DNA of 32,000 bases. It comes from Candidatus Harpocratesius repetitus (GTDB taxonomy: Archaea > Asgardarchaeota > Lokiarchaeia > Sigyniarchaeales > Promethearchaeaceae). Position 1 is the first letter of the stretch. Each line of letters opens with the position of its first letter. Shown piece by piece: positions 9,293 through 17,800 of this stretch. The stretch is from positions 3,060,001 through 3,092,000 of the forward strand of contig JAIZWK010000001.1 in NCBI GenBank assembly GCA_021498095.1. The letters run 5' to 3'. The translations under genes were made by a program, and so were the position numbers. The notes beneath the pieces were generated by a model, which saw only the letters and a list, made by a program, of their open reading frames with translations, did no database searches and was not told the DNA's origin.

Positions 9293-10574
9293 AATTTTTA
9301 CTCTCCCAATTAGTTATTATACCTCGTGAATCGAGGGTAAATGTTACATTCTTTGAAGAAGAAGTATATGTTCCTTCTTGAATTGGTATAGGATGAGCCC
9401 GAAAATTATCAAAATTCTTAAAAGAATCCAATTTAATTTTCATGCCTCCAAAGTAGAGATTAGACAAATTCATGTTACCTGCTAATTTTCTGATATTTTC
9501 CGTGCTCTCAGCATACAAATTTGGATCCATATTTTCACATGCCAACTTGTATTTCTTTTCCAATTCTAATAGTTGTTCCCTTATTGTCTTTAACTCATTA
9601 TCTAATTCCAATTTAATACCCTTTTCATAAGCATCAAGGATATCAATAGTCATTGAAATGAAACTTTTTCCACCCATCATTCCTGTAATAAGCGGCAATT
9701 CTTCAATCGGTCGTCCAACCATAATATCTGCAATAATATTTCCAGAAGATGGTATTTTACCAGGTGGAATCGGTGAATTTGCCAAAGTAAATCGGAAAAA
9801 GGTACCAACCACATCAGAATAGGCACTTGAAATTTCATCTTCTTCATCAGCTAGCTTATCGGTAGCACCTTTTGAAGATGCTTCAGTGGCAACATCCATT
9901 TGACCCATGAGGGTTCCCATCATTCCAAGCATACGAATTGATGAATCGTCAATAAAGGGATTGCAACCTCGACATGGAGTTCCAAAATCAATACAACGCT
10001 CTTGACAATTATTTGCAATATATCCTGAACATGTATATCCAACATCATTAAAACATTGTTTTTCATCAAGCTCTTGAAGATCGATTTGATGGACAATTTC
10101 TTCTAAGAAGGAACAAGTTGATTCTCTTGGACATTTTTCACATAGTTTTTCAGATTGAAATTGATTATAATCTTTCAATAATGCTAAAAGATGATCACCA
10201 GAGGCTAAGCATCCCCTTATTTCTTGATCTACAGAAATAATTTTAGATATTGGAAAAATTTCTATCCCTTTTTGATATGCTAATCCAAAAATTCCTCCGT
10301 CAGTCGCACAAGATCCAAAAGTAAAAACTTGATTAGCAATTTTTCGAATTTCTTGTAAACAATGAAGATTTTCTGAAGTAGCATATCCTGAGAAAATCGC
10401 AATATCTATTGATGAAGGAAGATTATATTCATCTGTACACCAAATTAACTTCACATCTGTTTCTTCTTCATAATCTTTAACATTACGAACGATTAATTCT
10501 GGATTCCCAATCAGATTAATAATTTCGTTGCGACATTTTGTGCATCCATTTAATTGAAATATTCCAATTTTCAT
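9282..10574 (-). CDS. mvhG: MvhG-like hydrogenase small subunit (3 Fe-S clusters) fused to a degenerate MvhA-like fragment lacking Ni ligands
   Basis: GCTKC, GSCATDGGIFGL, RGC, LCEKCPR, CFNDVGYTC, CQERC, PCRGC and DVVGTFFRFTL align with MvhG (aa 1-272). aa 273-430 contain GRPIEELPLI, as in MvhA just before the L1 motif, but no CxxC. Confidence 0.8.
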   Translation of the reverse strand: MKIGIFQLNGCTKCRNEIINLIGNPELIVRNVKDYEEETDVKLIWCTDEYNLPSSIDIAIFSGYATSENLHCLQEIRKIANQVFTFGSCATDGGIFGLAYQKGIEIFPISKIISVDQEIRGCLASGDHLLALLKDYNQFQSEKLCEKCPRESTCSFLEEIVHQIDLQELDEKQCFNDVGYTCSGYIANNCQERCIDFGTPCRGCNPFIDDSSIRMLGMMGTLMGQMDVATEASSKGATDKLADEEDEISSAYSDVVGTFFRFTLANSPIPPGKIPSSGNIIADIMVGRPIEELPLITGMMGGKSFISMTIDILDAYEKGIKLELDNELKTIREQLLELEKKYKLACENMDPNLYAESTENIRKLAGNMNLSNLYFGGMKIKLDSFKNFDNFRAHPIPIQEGTYTSSSKNVTFTLDSRGIITNWESKNYEL

Positions 10575-10990
10575 TGCTTCAAAACTCCTTTATTTTCAAT
10601 AGCTTGTTTTAATTTTTCCAAAATATCTTCGAAATCACCTACAGCAGTTTCTCCTTCAGCGGCTCGAGCCGTATATTGGTTTAAAATTAACTCGCTGTAA
10701 CCCATTTCTTTGATAAATTTTTTGAGCAATTTCACACGGCGCAAAGAGACCAAATTACCATTGAAGAAATGGCAGGCACCAAAACAACAACCAATTACAG
10801 CAACGGAATCTGCTCCATTTTTATATGCATCCATGATTTGAATAGGGCCAACTTGGCCTGCACATTTTACTCGAATTATCTTAATTGAAGTATCATATTG
10901 CATTCGAGCAACTCCAGCAGTATTTGCTGCCCCTTGACCACATTCAGCACACATAAAGCAAACAACATTCTTTTTTGTTTTTGTTTCCAT
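10571..10990 (-). CDS. mvhD: MvhD/FlpD [2Fe-2S] adaptor subunit (Cys form)
   Basis: FMCAEC...ANTAGVARMQY...IIRVKCAG...GADSVAVIGCCFGACHF.NGN; stop overlaps the next start (ATGA). Confidence 0.92.
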   Translation of the reverse strand: METKTKKNVVCFMCAECGQGAANTAGVARMQYDTSIKIIRVKCAGQVGPIQIMDAYKNGADSVAVIGCCFGACHFFNGNLVSLRRVKLLKKFIKEMGYSELILNQYTARAAEGETAVGDFEDILEKLKQAIENKGVLKQ

Positions 10991-10998
10991 TATAATAT

Positions 10999-12999
10999 TT
11001 ACACCCCTTTTTCTAAGATTGGATGCGCCACGGCTTCAATTTCATCTCTTAGTTGTTCTTCTCTATAATTTATCACTTGAATCGCATGTGTTGGACAAGC
11101 AGGCATGCAAATTCCACAGCCTTTGCACCCAACTTCATTTACAACAGGTTTACCATTTTCCCATAAAATTGCTGAAGGTGAACATGCAGTGATGCATGCA
11201 CGACATTTTGTACAAAGATCATAGTCAATTTTTGCAATTATCATCTCTTTTTCTATATATCCTTTTACCAAAGAAGAAACTGCTCCAACAGCAGCTGCAC
11301 TTCCTTGGGCTACTGATTGGGTTATATCTTTTGGTCCTTGAATTGCACCAGCAATAAATATTCCATCTCGACTTGATCTTGTTGGATCCATTTTAATATG
11401 GAATTCTTTAATAAACCCTTCTTTCCCACGAAGCAATTGCAGTCGTGAACCTAATAAACCAACACCTTTTGGGGCAACCATTGCTGCTGAAAGAATTACC
11501 AAATCTGCATGTAATTCCATAGGTTCTGCCATAAAAGTATCTTCAACGTAGACTTTCAAACAATCATTTTCCGGATCTGCCTCAATTTCAGATGGTCTTC
11601 CACGAATGAAGAGTACCCCTTTCTTTTGACATGCTTTATAATATTCTTCATAATATAAACCAGGTGTTCGTATATCAATATAACAAATATATACGTTTGA
11701 ATCTGGATAAGTATCTTTTATAATACCAGCATTTTTAATTGCAAACATGCAACAAACACCTGTACAATATTCATTGCCAACTAATTCATTCCTTGATCCA
11801 ACACATTGAATTATGACTACATTTTTTGGAATCCTTCCATCAGATGGTCTCAATAGTTGACCTCCAGTAAGAGATGTTGGACCCATCATTCTTTCAAATT
11901 GGAGTTGAGTTATTATATTCTCATAACCCGGTATTTTGTAATGATAAGCTTCTATTTCACTGGGATCATATTCTTCATATCCTGTAGCAACAATAATTGA
12001 TCCGACTTTGATTTTAGTTTTACTCTTCTTAAGTGAAAAATCTATTGCATTTACGGGACAAGTCTCAACGCAACGCCCACAATCAATACAATTCTTTCGA
12101 TCAACTACAAATGTTGAAGGAATTGCTTGAGGATATAATTTATAAATTGCCTTTCTAATTCCCATCCCAGAATCCCATTCTGCAGGTAATTCAACCGGAC
12201 ATACACTTGCACATTCTCCACATGAAGTACAATTAGACTTTACATATCGCGGTTTGGTTGTGATTGTGACTGTAAAATTTCCTATACTTCCATCTACAGA
12301 ACTAACTATTGAATTTGTAAATAATGTCACATTTTCATGAGTTGCTACTGCATTCGTAAGTGGTGAAATACTACATTGAGGGCATTCATTTGTTGGAAAT
12401 GTTTTATTTAATTGAGTCATATGTCCACCAATACTTGATTCTCGTTCAACTAAATATACCGGAATTCCTGAATCAGCTGTATCTCGAGCGGCTCTAAGTC
12501 CAGCAATGCCTCCACCAATGACCAATACTGCTTTGGTAATTTGAATTTTCTGTGTTCTAACTTCTTCTAATGTTCGAGCCCGATTAACTCCTGCTTTAAC
12601 TAGTTGTTTTGCTTTTTCAGTGGCTTCAACATGATCTTTTTGATGAACCCAACTATCATGTTCTCGAATATTAACTTGTTGATGAAGATGTTTATTTAAT
12701 CCGACTTCAGAAATTGCACGAGCAAAAGTAGGTCCGTGCTGCGTTTTAGAACAAGAAGCCACCACAGTTCTGGTTAAATTATATTCTTTCACTGCATTTT
12801 TTATTAATTCAATACCTTGTTTAGAGCACATAAACATATTATCTGTAGAAAATTCAACATTTGGAAGAGTTTTTGCATATTCAGCAACTGCTTTTACATC
12901 GACAACATCAGCAATATTATGCCCACAGTGACAAACGAAAACTCCAATACGTTCATTACTTTTCGGATTGTTTTTTTTGTCTTTCTCTTTTTCGACCAT
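10999..12999 (-). CDS. hdrA: Heterodisulfide reductase subunit A (FAD, Fe-S), methanogen-type, Cys form
   Basis: IGVFVCHCG, NIREHDSWVH, VIGGGIAG, KTFPTNECPQC, two inserted CxxCxxCxxxCP, QFERM, CVGSR...YCTGVCCMFAIKNA, GPKDI, C-terminal 2x[4Fe-4S]. Confidence 0.97.
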   Translation of the reverse strand: MVEKEKDKKNNPKSNERIGVFVCHCGHNIADVVDVKAVAEYAKTLPNVEFSTDNMFMCSKQGIELIKNAVKEYNLTRTVVASCSKTQHGPTFARAISEVGLNKHLHQQVNIREHDSWVHQKDHVEATEKAKQLVKAGVNRARTLEEVRTQKIQITKAVLVIGGGIAGLRAARDTADSGIPVYLVERESSIGGHMTQLNKTFPTNECPQCSISPLTNAVATHENVTLFTNSIVSSVDGSIGNFTVTITTKPRYVKSNCTSCGECASVCPVELPAEWDSGMGIRKAIYKLYPQAIPSTFVVDRKNCIDCGRCVETCPVNAIDFSLKKSKTKIKVGSIIVATGYEEYDPSEIEAYHYKIPGYENIITQLQFERMMGPTSLTGGQLLRPSDGRIPKNVVIIQCVGSRNELVGNEYCTGVCCMFAIKNAGIIKDTYPDSNVYICYIDIRTPGLYYEEYYKACQKKGVLFIRGRPSEIEADPENDCLKVYVEDTFMAEPMELHADLVILSAAMVAPKGVGLLGSRLQLLRGKEGFIKEFHIKMDPTRSSRDGIFIAGAIQGPKDITQSVAQGSAAAVGAVSSLVKGYIEKEMIIAKIDYDLCTKCRACITACSPSAILWENGKPVVNEVGCKGCGICMPACPTHAIQVINYREEQLRDEIEAVAHPILEKGV

Positions 13000-13001
13000 T
13001 T

Positions 13002-13955
13002 TTACCCAGCCCCTTCAATAGATTTTTCCTTTATCGATACTTTCTCCATAGGTTCCTTTAATTCTTTAAATTGATAATCTTTTCCATGGGCTTGATATTG
13101 TAAGCCTATTTTCTCCATATCCATTCCCATACACCATGCAGTTAATTGAGACATATGTATTACAGGAATATCAAAATTAGTTCCATAAATTTCGTTTACA
13201 GTAGTTTGGCCACCATCAAATTGTAATTGGCAAAATGGACATGTATCAAAAATAAAATCCGGATTAGCTGCCTGCATATGACCTAATTTTTCTTTCAAAA
13301 TCTTCATAGATGTATTTTTATCAAAGCTAAGAACACCTCCACCTGCACCACAACATGTTAATTTTTGAGCAAAATCAACAGATTTAACACCTAAGGCTTC
13401 GACATATTCCTCCAGAAAGGTTGGAATTTCAGGTGAAGCAAGTTGGCGAATTCTAGAAGGTTTTAAAAGATGGCATCCATAATGAACAGCAGCTCTTGCC
13501 TCTGCTTTTCGAACAATGTATTTCTGAATTTCAGTGGGTCCTACTTCAAAACCGAGAATTTCGGCAATGTGGCGGACTCGAATTGTTCCTTTCCATTGAT
13601 AATCACCCATTTCTTTTAATTTTTCATTAACTTTTGCAGCCATCTCTGGATCAGATTTTAGATGCTTATTTACATCAATTAAAGTTCCAAAGCAACCATT
13701 ACATACGGTTAAAATGTCTGCGTCGTTCTTTTCAGCAATCGCAATATTGCGTGCAGCTGCAACCATCCAATCACTTTTATCAAAAGAACGAAAAACCCCA
13801 GGAGCTGGACAACATGTTGCACGTTCCATTTCCATAAGCGTAAAACCTAATTTTTTCATAACAAACCGGGTTGCAGATTCAATTTGCGGGTAACGATTAG
13901 GCATAATGCATCCTAAAAAGAATGAAAATGTATTTTCTTTTACCATTTCTTTCAC
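13002..13955 (-). CDS. hdrB: Heterodisulfide reductase subunit B (two CCG domains)
   Basis: FLGCIMPNRYP, TCCPAPG, VCNGCFGTL, HYGCHLLKP, TCCGAGGG, CPFCQLQFD. Confidence 0.97.
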   Translation of the reverse strand: MKEMVKENTFSFFLGCIMPNRYPQIESATRFVMKKLGFTLMEMERATCCPAPGVFRSFDKSDWMVAAARNIAIAEKNDADILTVCNGCFGTLIDVNKHLKSDPEMAAKVNEKLKEMGDYQWKGTIRVRHIAEILGFEVGPTEIQKYIVRKAEARAAVHYGCHLLKPSRIRQLASPEIPTFLEEYVEALGVKSVDFAQKLTCCGAGGGVLSFDKNTSMKILKEKLGHMQAANPDFIFDTCPFCQLQFDGGQTTVNEIYGTNFDIPVIHMSQLTAWCMGMDMEKIGLQYQAHGKDYQFKELKEPMEKVSIKEKSIEGAG

Positions 13956-14070
13956 TTTATTTAAAATTTTTATTTATTTTTTAGCAAACTATATATTTTT
14001 TTTGTCAATTTCGTCTTAATATTTAAAAATTTATTTACTAAATGCTTTTTTTCTTTAATTATTAAGATTT

Positions 14071-14661
14071 TTAACTTAATTTTTCAAAACCATCCAAATT
14101 TTTTCTGGAATTTGCTTTTCTTTCTTTATATTCCTTACCTCTTTCAACAACTCTGAAAAGTTTATGGAAAGGGATAATTTCAGAATTTTCTTCATCGCGA
14201 TATTTATATAATGTTGGTGGAATCGGATCCAATCCTAAGGCTTCTCTTTGCCTTATAATTTTATCATTTATCGGAACCGCATGCCCTGTTGATCGCAGAT
14301 AACCAACAACTGCGGTATGATTAGGACTCATATTCCCAATTTCACTGGCATAATTTCTTAAATCTATTATTACGTCAGTTGGACGAACATCACGTGGACA
14401 ACGTTCATAGCAATTGTAACATGTAGTACAAAGCCAAATGTCTGGATCTTCTAAGACAGATAGATCGCCCAAAGCAGCTTTTCTAACAATTTGCCGTGTA
14501 CGGATAGCAGTCCAACGCCCACTCTCACAAGAAGCTGTACAAGTGCCACATTGAATACAAGAAAAAATATTACTCCTCCGAGCAATATTTTCAAAAAATT
14601 GAGGGTCAAAATCCTCTAATTTTTTATATTTTCGCTTAATTGATATTTCACTTTCAGTCAT
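14071..14661 (-). CDS. hdrC: Heterodisulfide reductase subunit C
   Basis: CIQCGTCTASC and WLCTTCYNCYERCPRDV; TGHAVP. Confidence 0.95.
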   Translation of the reverse strand: MTESEISIKRKYKKLEDFDPQFFENIARRSNIFSCIQCGTCTASCESGRWTAIRTRQIVRKAALGDLSVLEDPDIWLCTTCYNCYERCPRDVRPTDVIIDLRNYASEIGNMSPNHTAVVGYLRSTGHAVPINDKIIRQREALGLDPIPPTLYKYRDEENSEIIPFHKLFRVVERGKEYKERKANSRKNLDGFEKLS

Positions 14662-14885
14662 TATTCATAACTCCAAAATGGATTTTTTACAAAGTATTTC
14701 ATAGACTCCTTTAATTCCTTTTGATTTTCATAAGTTTCTTCTTTTAATTTTCATGTGCTGATCTTGATTTTAAAATACTAAATTTATTCTTTACATTTTT
14801 ATCTACATAATTCTTTTATCATTTTATTTTAAAAGCAATTCTGAATCCTTTTTTAAAACAAATGAATATAAGAATTCAATAATTT

Positions 14886-14970
14886 GCATCATTCGTGTCG
14901 GTCTATGGATAAAAAGCCGTCGAATGTACAATGTGTTATATTAATCTGAATGCAACTTATAAATATTTGT
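14886..14970 (-). promoter_or_regulatory. hdr operon promoter: BRE/TATA plus TGTACATT-N29-AATG element (copy 1)
   Basis: Minus strand: ACAAATA-TTTATAA (TATA 14963-14957), TGTACATT at 14930-14923, AATGATGC from 14893. The 16-mer ATTGTACATTCGACGG is identical to the one at 16238-16223. Confidence 0.7.
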
Positions 14971-15007
14971 TCCACTAATCTAAAAAAAAAGTGACAAAAT
15001 TTCTTTA

Positions 15008-15553
15008 TCAAGGAATTGATATCCTTATATCTTCTTTAACACATTGCAACACAACTTGTGTGTGAATTTCTTCGATGCCTGGAATAAATTTCACTTTTTC
15101 CAATAATTGAATTTGATCCTCTTTTTCAATACATTTTGCCATACAAAATATTGAATAATTTCCAGAAATCTGGTATATTGAATTAATTTTCTCAATTTCA
15201 ATTAATTTATTAAAAATATCTTGAATTGGAATAACATTGTTTACCCGAATTGAGAGTAACAACATTTCTTTATATCCAATCTTGCAACAATCAATTAATG
15301 CAGAATAAGCTTTAATTACACCAGTTTCAGTCAATTTATCTACATGATTTTTTATTGTTGAAACAGATGAATTCAATTTTTTGGCAATTTTTCGAAATGA
15401 AGCTTTTCCATCTTCTTGTAAAATTTGAAGGATCTTTTTATCTATATCACTCAATTCAATTTCTTTATGCATTAGTGATGAATTTTTTATATTGTTTGAG
15501 TTAACTGATTTTTGGACATTATTCAAAATCGGTTCACGAGGCATAATTTTCAC
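15008..15553 (-). CDS. Lrp/AsnC-family transcriptional regulator with five Cys
   Basis: LSDIDKKILQILQEDGKASFRKIAKKLNSSVSTIKNHVDKLTETGVI (HTH) and a RAM-like domain (YQISGNYSIF). The true start may be M28. Confidence 0.9.
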   Translation of the reverse strand: MKIMPREPILNNVQKSVNSNNIKNSSLMHKEIELSDIDKKILQILQEDGKASFRKIAKKLNSSVSTIKNHVDKLTETGVIKAYSALIDCCKIGYKEMLLLSIRVNNVIPIQDIFNKLIEIEKINSIYQISGNYSIFCMAKCIEKEDQIQLLEKVKFIPGIEEIHTQVVLQCVKEDIRISIP

Positions 15554-15563
15554 GAGAAATTAG

Positions 15564-15596
15564 ATTTGATTCATATTTGATTCATATTTGATTCAT
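15564..15596. repeat. Perfect 11-bp tandem repeat x3 (ATTTGATTCAT) just upstream of the Lrp gene
   Basis: Exact copies at 15564-15574, 15575-15585 and 15586-15596; a minus-strand TATA (TTTATATA) lies at 15633-15626. Confidence 0.9.
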
Positions 15597-15674
15597 TACT
15601 AAATAGAAAAATATAAAATGAAGTATATATAAAAAATAACTACATCTAAAACTGCTTAAATATTTCTGTTTTAT

Positions 15675-16094
15675 CTATAAAGAAATTACTTGATCTGCAT
15701 CATCAACCATTTCGATAAATTTTGCGGCACCGATAGGTTCTTCGCAGAAATCATGAATCTGTTCTTTCTTTACTCCCATTAAATCCATTGTCATTGAACA
15801 AGGATAGAGTTTAATATTACCTTCTTCAATTCCATCTTTAACCATTTCCCACATATCTTCATATCCAAAGGATTTCAATTTCTTTTTGAACATCATTGCA
15901 GCCATCCCCTTCATAGGGAAGGGCATACCTGCTACTTTTGGTTTAAAATTCTTTTTTAACAAGTTTATACCCCAGAAAGTGAAGAAAAAATTCATTTTTG
16001 TTTCCATTGCGGCACCAGTTGTGCCAAGGATTACCATCATTCCAAATTTCTCAAAACTTTGTTCGGATACGATAAAATTCATAACTTTTGGCAT
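15675..16094 (-). CDS. DsrE2-type (DrsE_2-like) sulfur carrier / peroxiredoxin-like family protein
   Basis: FFFTFWGINLLKK and IKLYPCSMTMDLMGV...GAAKFIE are characteristic of this family. Confidence 0.88.
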   Translation of the reverse strand: MPKVMNFIVSEQSFEKFGMMVILGTTGAAMETKMNFFFTFWGINLLKKNFKPKVAGMPFPMKGMAAMMFKKKLKSFGYEDMWEMVKDGIEEGNIKLYPCSMTMDLMGVKKEQIHDFCEEPIGAAKFIEMVDDADQVISL

Positions 16095-16191
16095 AATTTC
16101 TCACGTTTTTTTATTTTTAGTTATTTTGAATTTGTTGTTCATTTACATGTCATACTTAAAAAAACAAATGTAACAAAAGAAGAGTAGACAA

Positions 16192-16274
16192 GTAACATTT
16201 GTAACAGTTTCGATAGAAAAAACCGTCGAATGTACAATATAAGTATTATTTGCATTCGCCATATAAATCTTTGT
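16192..16274 (-). promoter_or_regulatory. dsrE2 promoter: BRE/TATA plus TGTACATT-N29-AATG element (copy 2)
   Basis: Minus strand: ACAAAGA-TTTATAT (TATA 16267-16261), TGTACATT at 16236-16229, AATGTTAC from 16199. Confidence 0.7.
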
Positions 16275-16412
16275 GATAAAATAGAGAGAATTAAGTGAAA
16301 ATAAAATCAAAAGGACTTTCATTTATCTTTAGGCCCACTTATCTGATTAAATGAAATAGTTAATTTACATTAATTACCTCAATTAATATCATCGAAATAA
16401 AAATGATGTGAA

Positions 16413-17234
16413 ATGGAACGAATACAATTCGCAGAAGAACAAATTCGTCGCTATTCTCGACATATTATATTGCAAGATATAGGATCAACTGGCGTGAAAA
16501 AATTAATTGGATCCACTATAGGCATAGTTGGCGCTGGAGGATTAGGATGTCCAGTAGTTCAAATGTTAGCCGCTGCTGGAATCGGACATCTTAAAATTAT
16601 TGATGGTGATAATGTAGAGCTTTCTAACCTTCCCCGACAACCATTGCATTTCACAACTGATGTTGGACGAAAAAAAGTTGATAGTATTTTAGAAAAAATC
16701 ATTGCTTTAAATTCAGAGATTCAAGTTGAAATTTTTCCAGAATATTTAACAAAAGCAAATGCAATTAAATTCTTGCAAGGTTGTGATTATGTAGTTGATG
16801 CCAGTGATAATTTTGCTACGAAATTTTTGATAAATGATGTTTGCATTCATTTAGGGATACCATTTAATATCGCTGGAGTAGTACAATGGATGGGGCAAAT
16901 TTTATCGGTTGATCCAGGAAAAACAACTTGTTATCGGTGCATTTTTCATACAATCTCTTCTGGGGATGAGTCTATGTCTTGTTCTGCTGCAGGGTTTATC
17001 AACACAGTTCCTAGTTTTGCAGGAATATTGCAAGCAAATGAAGCAATAAAATCAATTGTCGGATTACATCAAAAATTCACTAACGGATTATTTACATTTG
17101 ATTTAAGAGAAAATTCTTTTGATTTCATTCCAATTAAACAAAATCCAGAATGCGCGGCTTGCTCTCATCCAGAAATTCCTTTTTATAAAACAGAAAATTA
17201 TAATGTTGACTTAGATCAATGTAATATTCAGTAA
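16413..17234 (+). CDS. ThiF/MoeB/UbaA-type E1-like adenylyltransferase, no rhodanese domain
   Basis: RYSRHIIL, VGAGGLGC, IDGDNVELSNLPRQ, DASDNFATKFLIND, Zn motifs CYRC and CAAC, candidate catalytic Cys in SCSAAG. Confidence 0.93.
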   Translation: MERIQFAEEQIRRYSRHIILQDIGSTGVKKLIGSTIGIVGAGGLGCPVVQMLAAAGIGHLKIIDGDNVELSNLPRQPLHFTTDVGRKKVDSILEKIIALNSEIQVEIFPEYLTKANAIKFLQGCDYVVDASDNFATKFLINDVCIHLGIPFNIAGVVQWMGQILSVDPGKTTCYRCIFHTISSGDESMSCSAAGFINTVPSFAGILQANEAIKSIVGLHQKFTNGLFTFDLRENSFDFIPIKQNPECAACSHPEIPFYKTENYNVDLDQCNIQ

Positions 17235-17354
17235 TCGATAAAAAGAAAGAAAAATGGGATTCAATATATAAAAAAAAAGTATCTCAAAAATGATTAGATT
17301 AAAAGAATGAATTGAAATTGATGAAAATGCTTAAACTTATCAACACTTGATATA

Positions 17355-17633
17355 TCAAATACGTTCAATCCAAATTGTTTTCACTCCTCTTTTTTCAACG
17401 GAGTGAAGTATTTTTCCTAACTTTTGCTTGGTTACATTTTGTGGAACATTTGTAAATGCAGATGGAAAATCTAAAATCACTCTCAGAATTTCACCCGATT
17501 CCATTTCTTCTAATGCTACTTTAGTGTACACGAATGTCATAGGACACTGCACTCCAATTAGGTCCAACTCTTTACCTTTTTGCATCCATTTAATATTTGA
17601 GTCACTCATATGCATCTTGATCCATCTTTGCAT
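17355..17633 (-). CDS. TusA-family sulfur carrier (copy 2, variant CPMT motif)
   Basis: LDLIGVQCPMTFVYTKVALEEMESGEILRVILD; the true start is probably an internal Met. Confidence 0.85.
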   Translation of the reverse strand: MQRWIKMHMSDSNIKWMQKGKELDLIGVQCPMTFVYTKVALEEMESGEILRVILDFPSAFTNVPQNVTKQKLGKILHSVEKRGVKTIWIERI

Positions 17634-17770
17634 ATAATTTCATTTAATCCTTTGGATTGTTAAAAATCATATAAGAATCTTCATTTCATGAAAATTTATC
17701 AATCAATTTAAAGAAGGAATGGAAAAATCTGCATTTTTAAACACGAACCTTTTACAATATAGCGAGAGCC

Positions 17771-17778
17771 TTTATATG
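17771..17778 (+). promoter_or_regulatory. TATA box for iscS, probably a leaderless transcript
   Basis: TTTATATG begins 30 nt before the ATG at 17801. Confidence 0.5.
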
Positions 17779-17800
17779 TTGGATCTTTTTTTTCCTAAAT

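Noticed and set aside
9282-10990. Calling it a functional MvhADG [NiFe] hydrogenase
   Set aside because: No large subunit with L1/L2 CxxC motifs and no maturation genes in the window. An MvhA encoded elsewhere cannot be excluded.
12640-12680. HdrA REHDSWVH as an apparent Cys-to-Asp ligand loss
   Set aside because: As I recall, methanogen HdrA sequences also have REHDSWVH, so it is a normal variant.
10571-12999. Selenocysteine recoding in HdrA or MvhD, which are known selenoprotein families in Lokiarchaeia and Methanococcales
   Set aside because: Both ORFs are uninterrupted with Cys at the relevant motifs (TFPTNECPQC; CAEC, KCAG, GCCFGAC). No in-frame TGA needs readthrough, and I found no convincing SECIS.
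10999-14661. Calling the cluster a sulfur-oxidising sHdr
   Set aside because: Only one hdrB and one hdrC; HdrA is full-length methanogen-type; MvhD is present; no lipoate-binding protein or ligase genes.
5631-15596. Tandem repeats at 5631-5697 and 15564-15596 as CRISPR arrays or replication-origin boxes
   Set aside because: Units are 10-11 bp and contiguous without spacers; no cas or cdc6/orc1 genes; no ORB-like G-string.
16364-16409. Possible fourth copy of the promoter element on the plus strand before the E1 gene (TTTACATT...AATGATGT)
   Set aside because: One mismatch in the core, spacer 30 rather than 29, and no TATA box at the expected distance; may be chance in AT-rich DNA.
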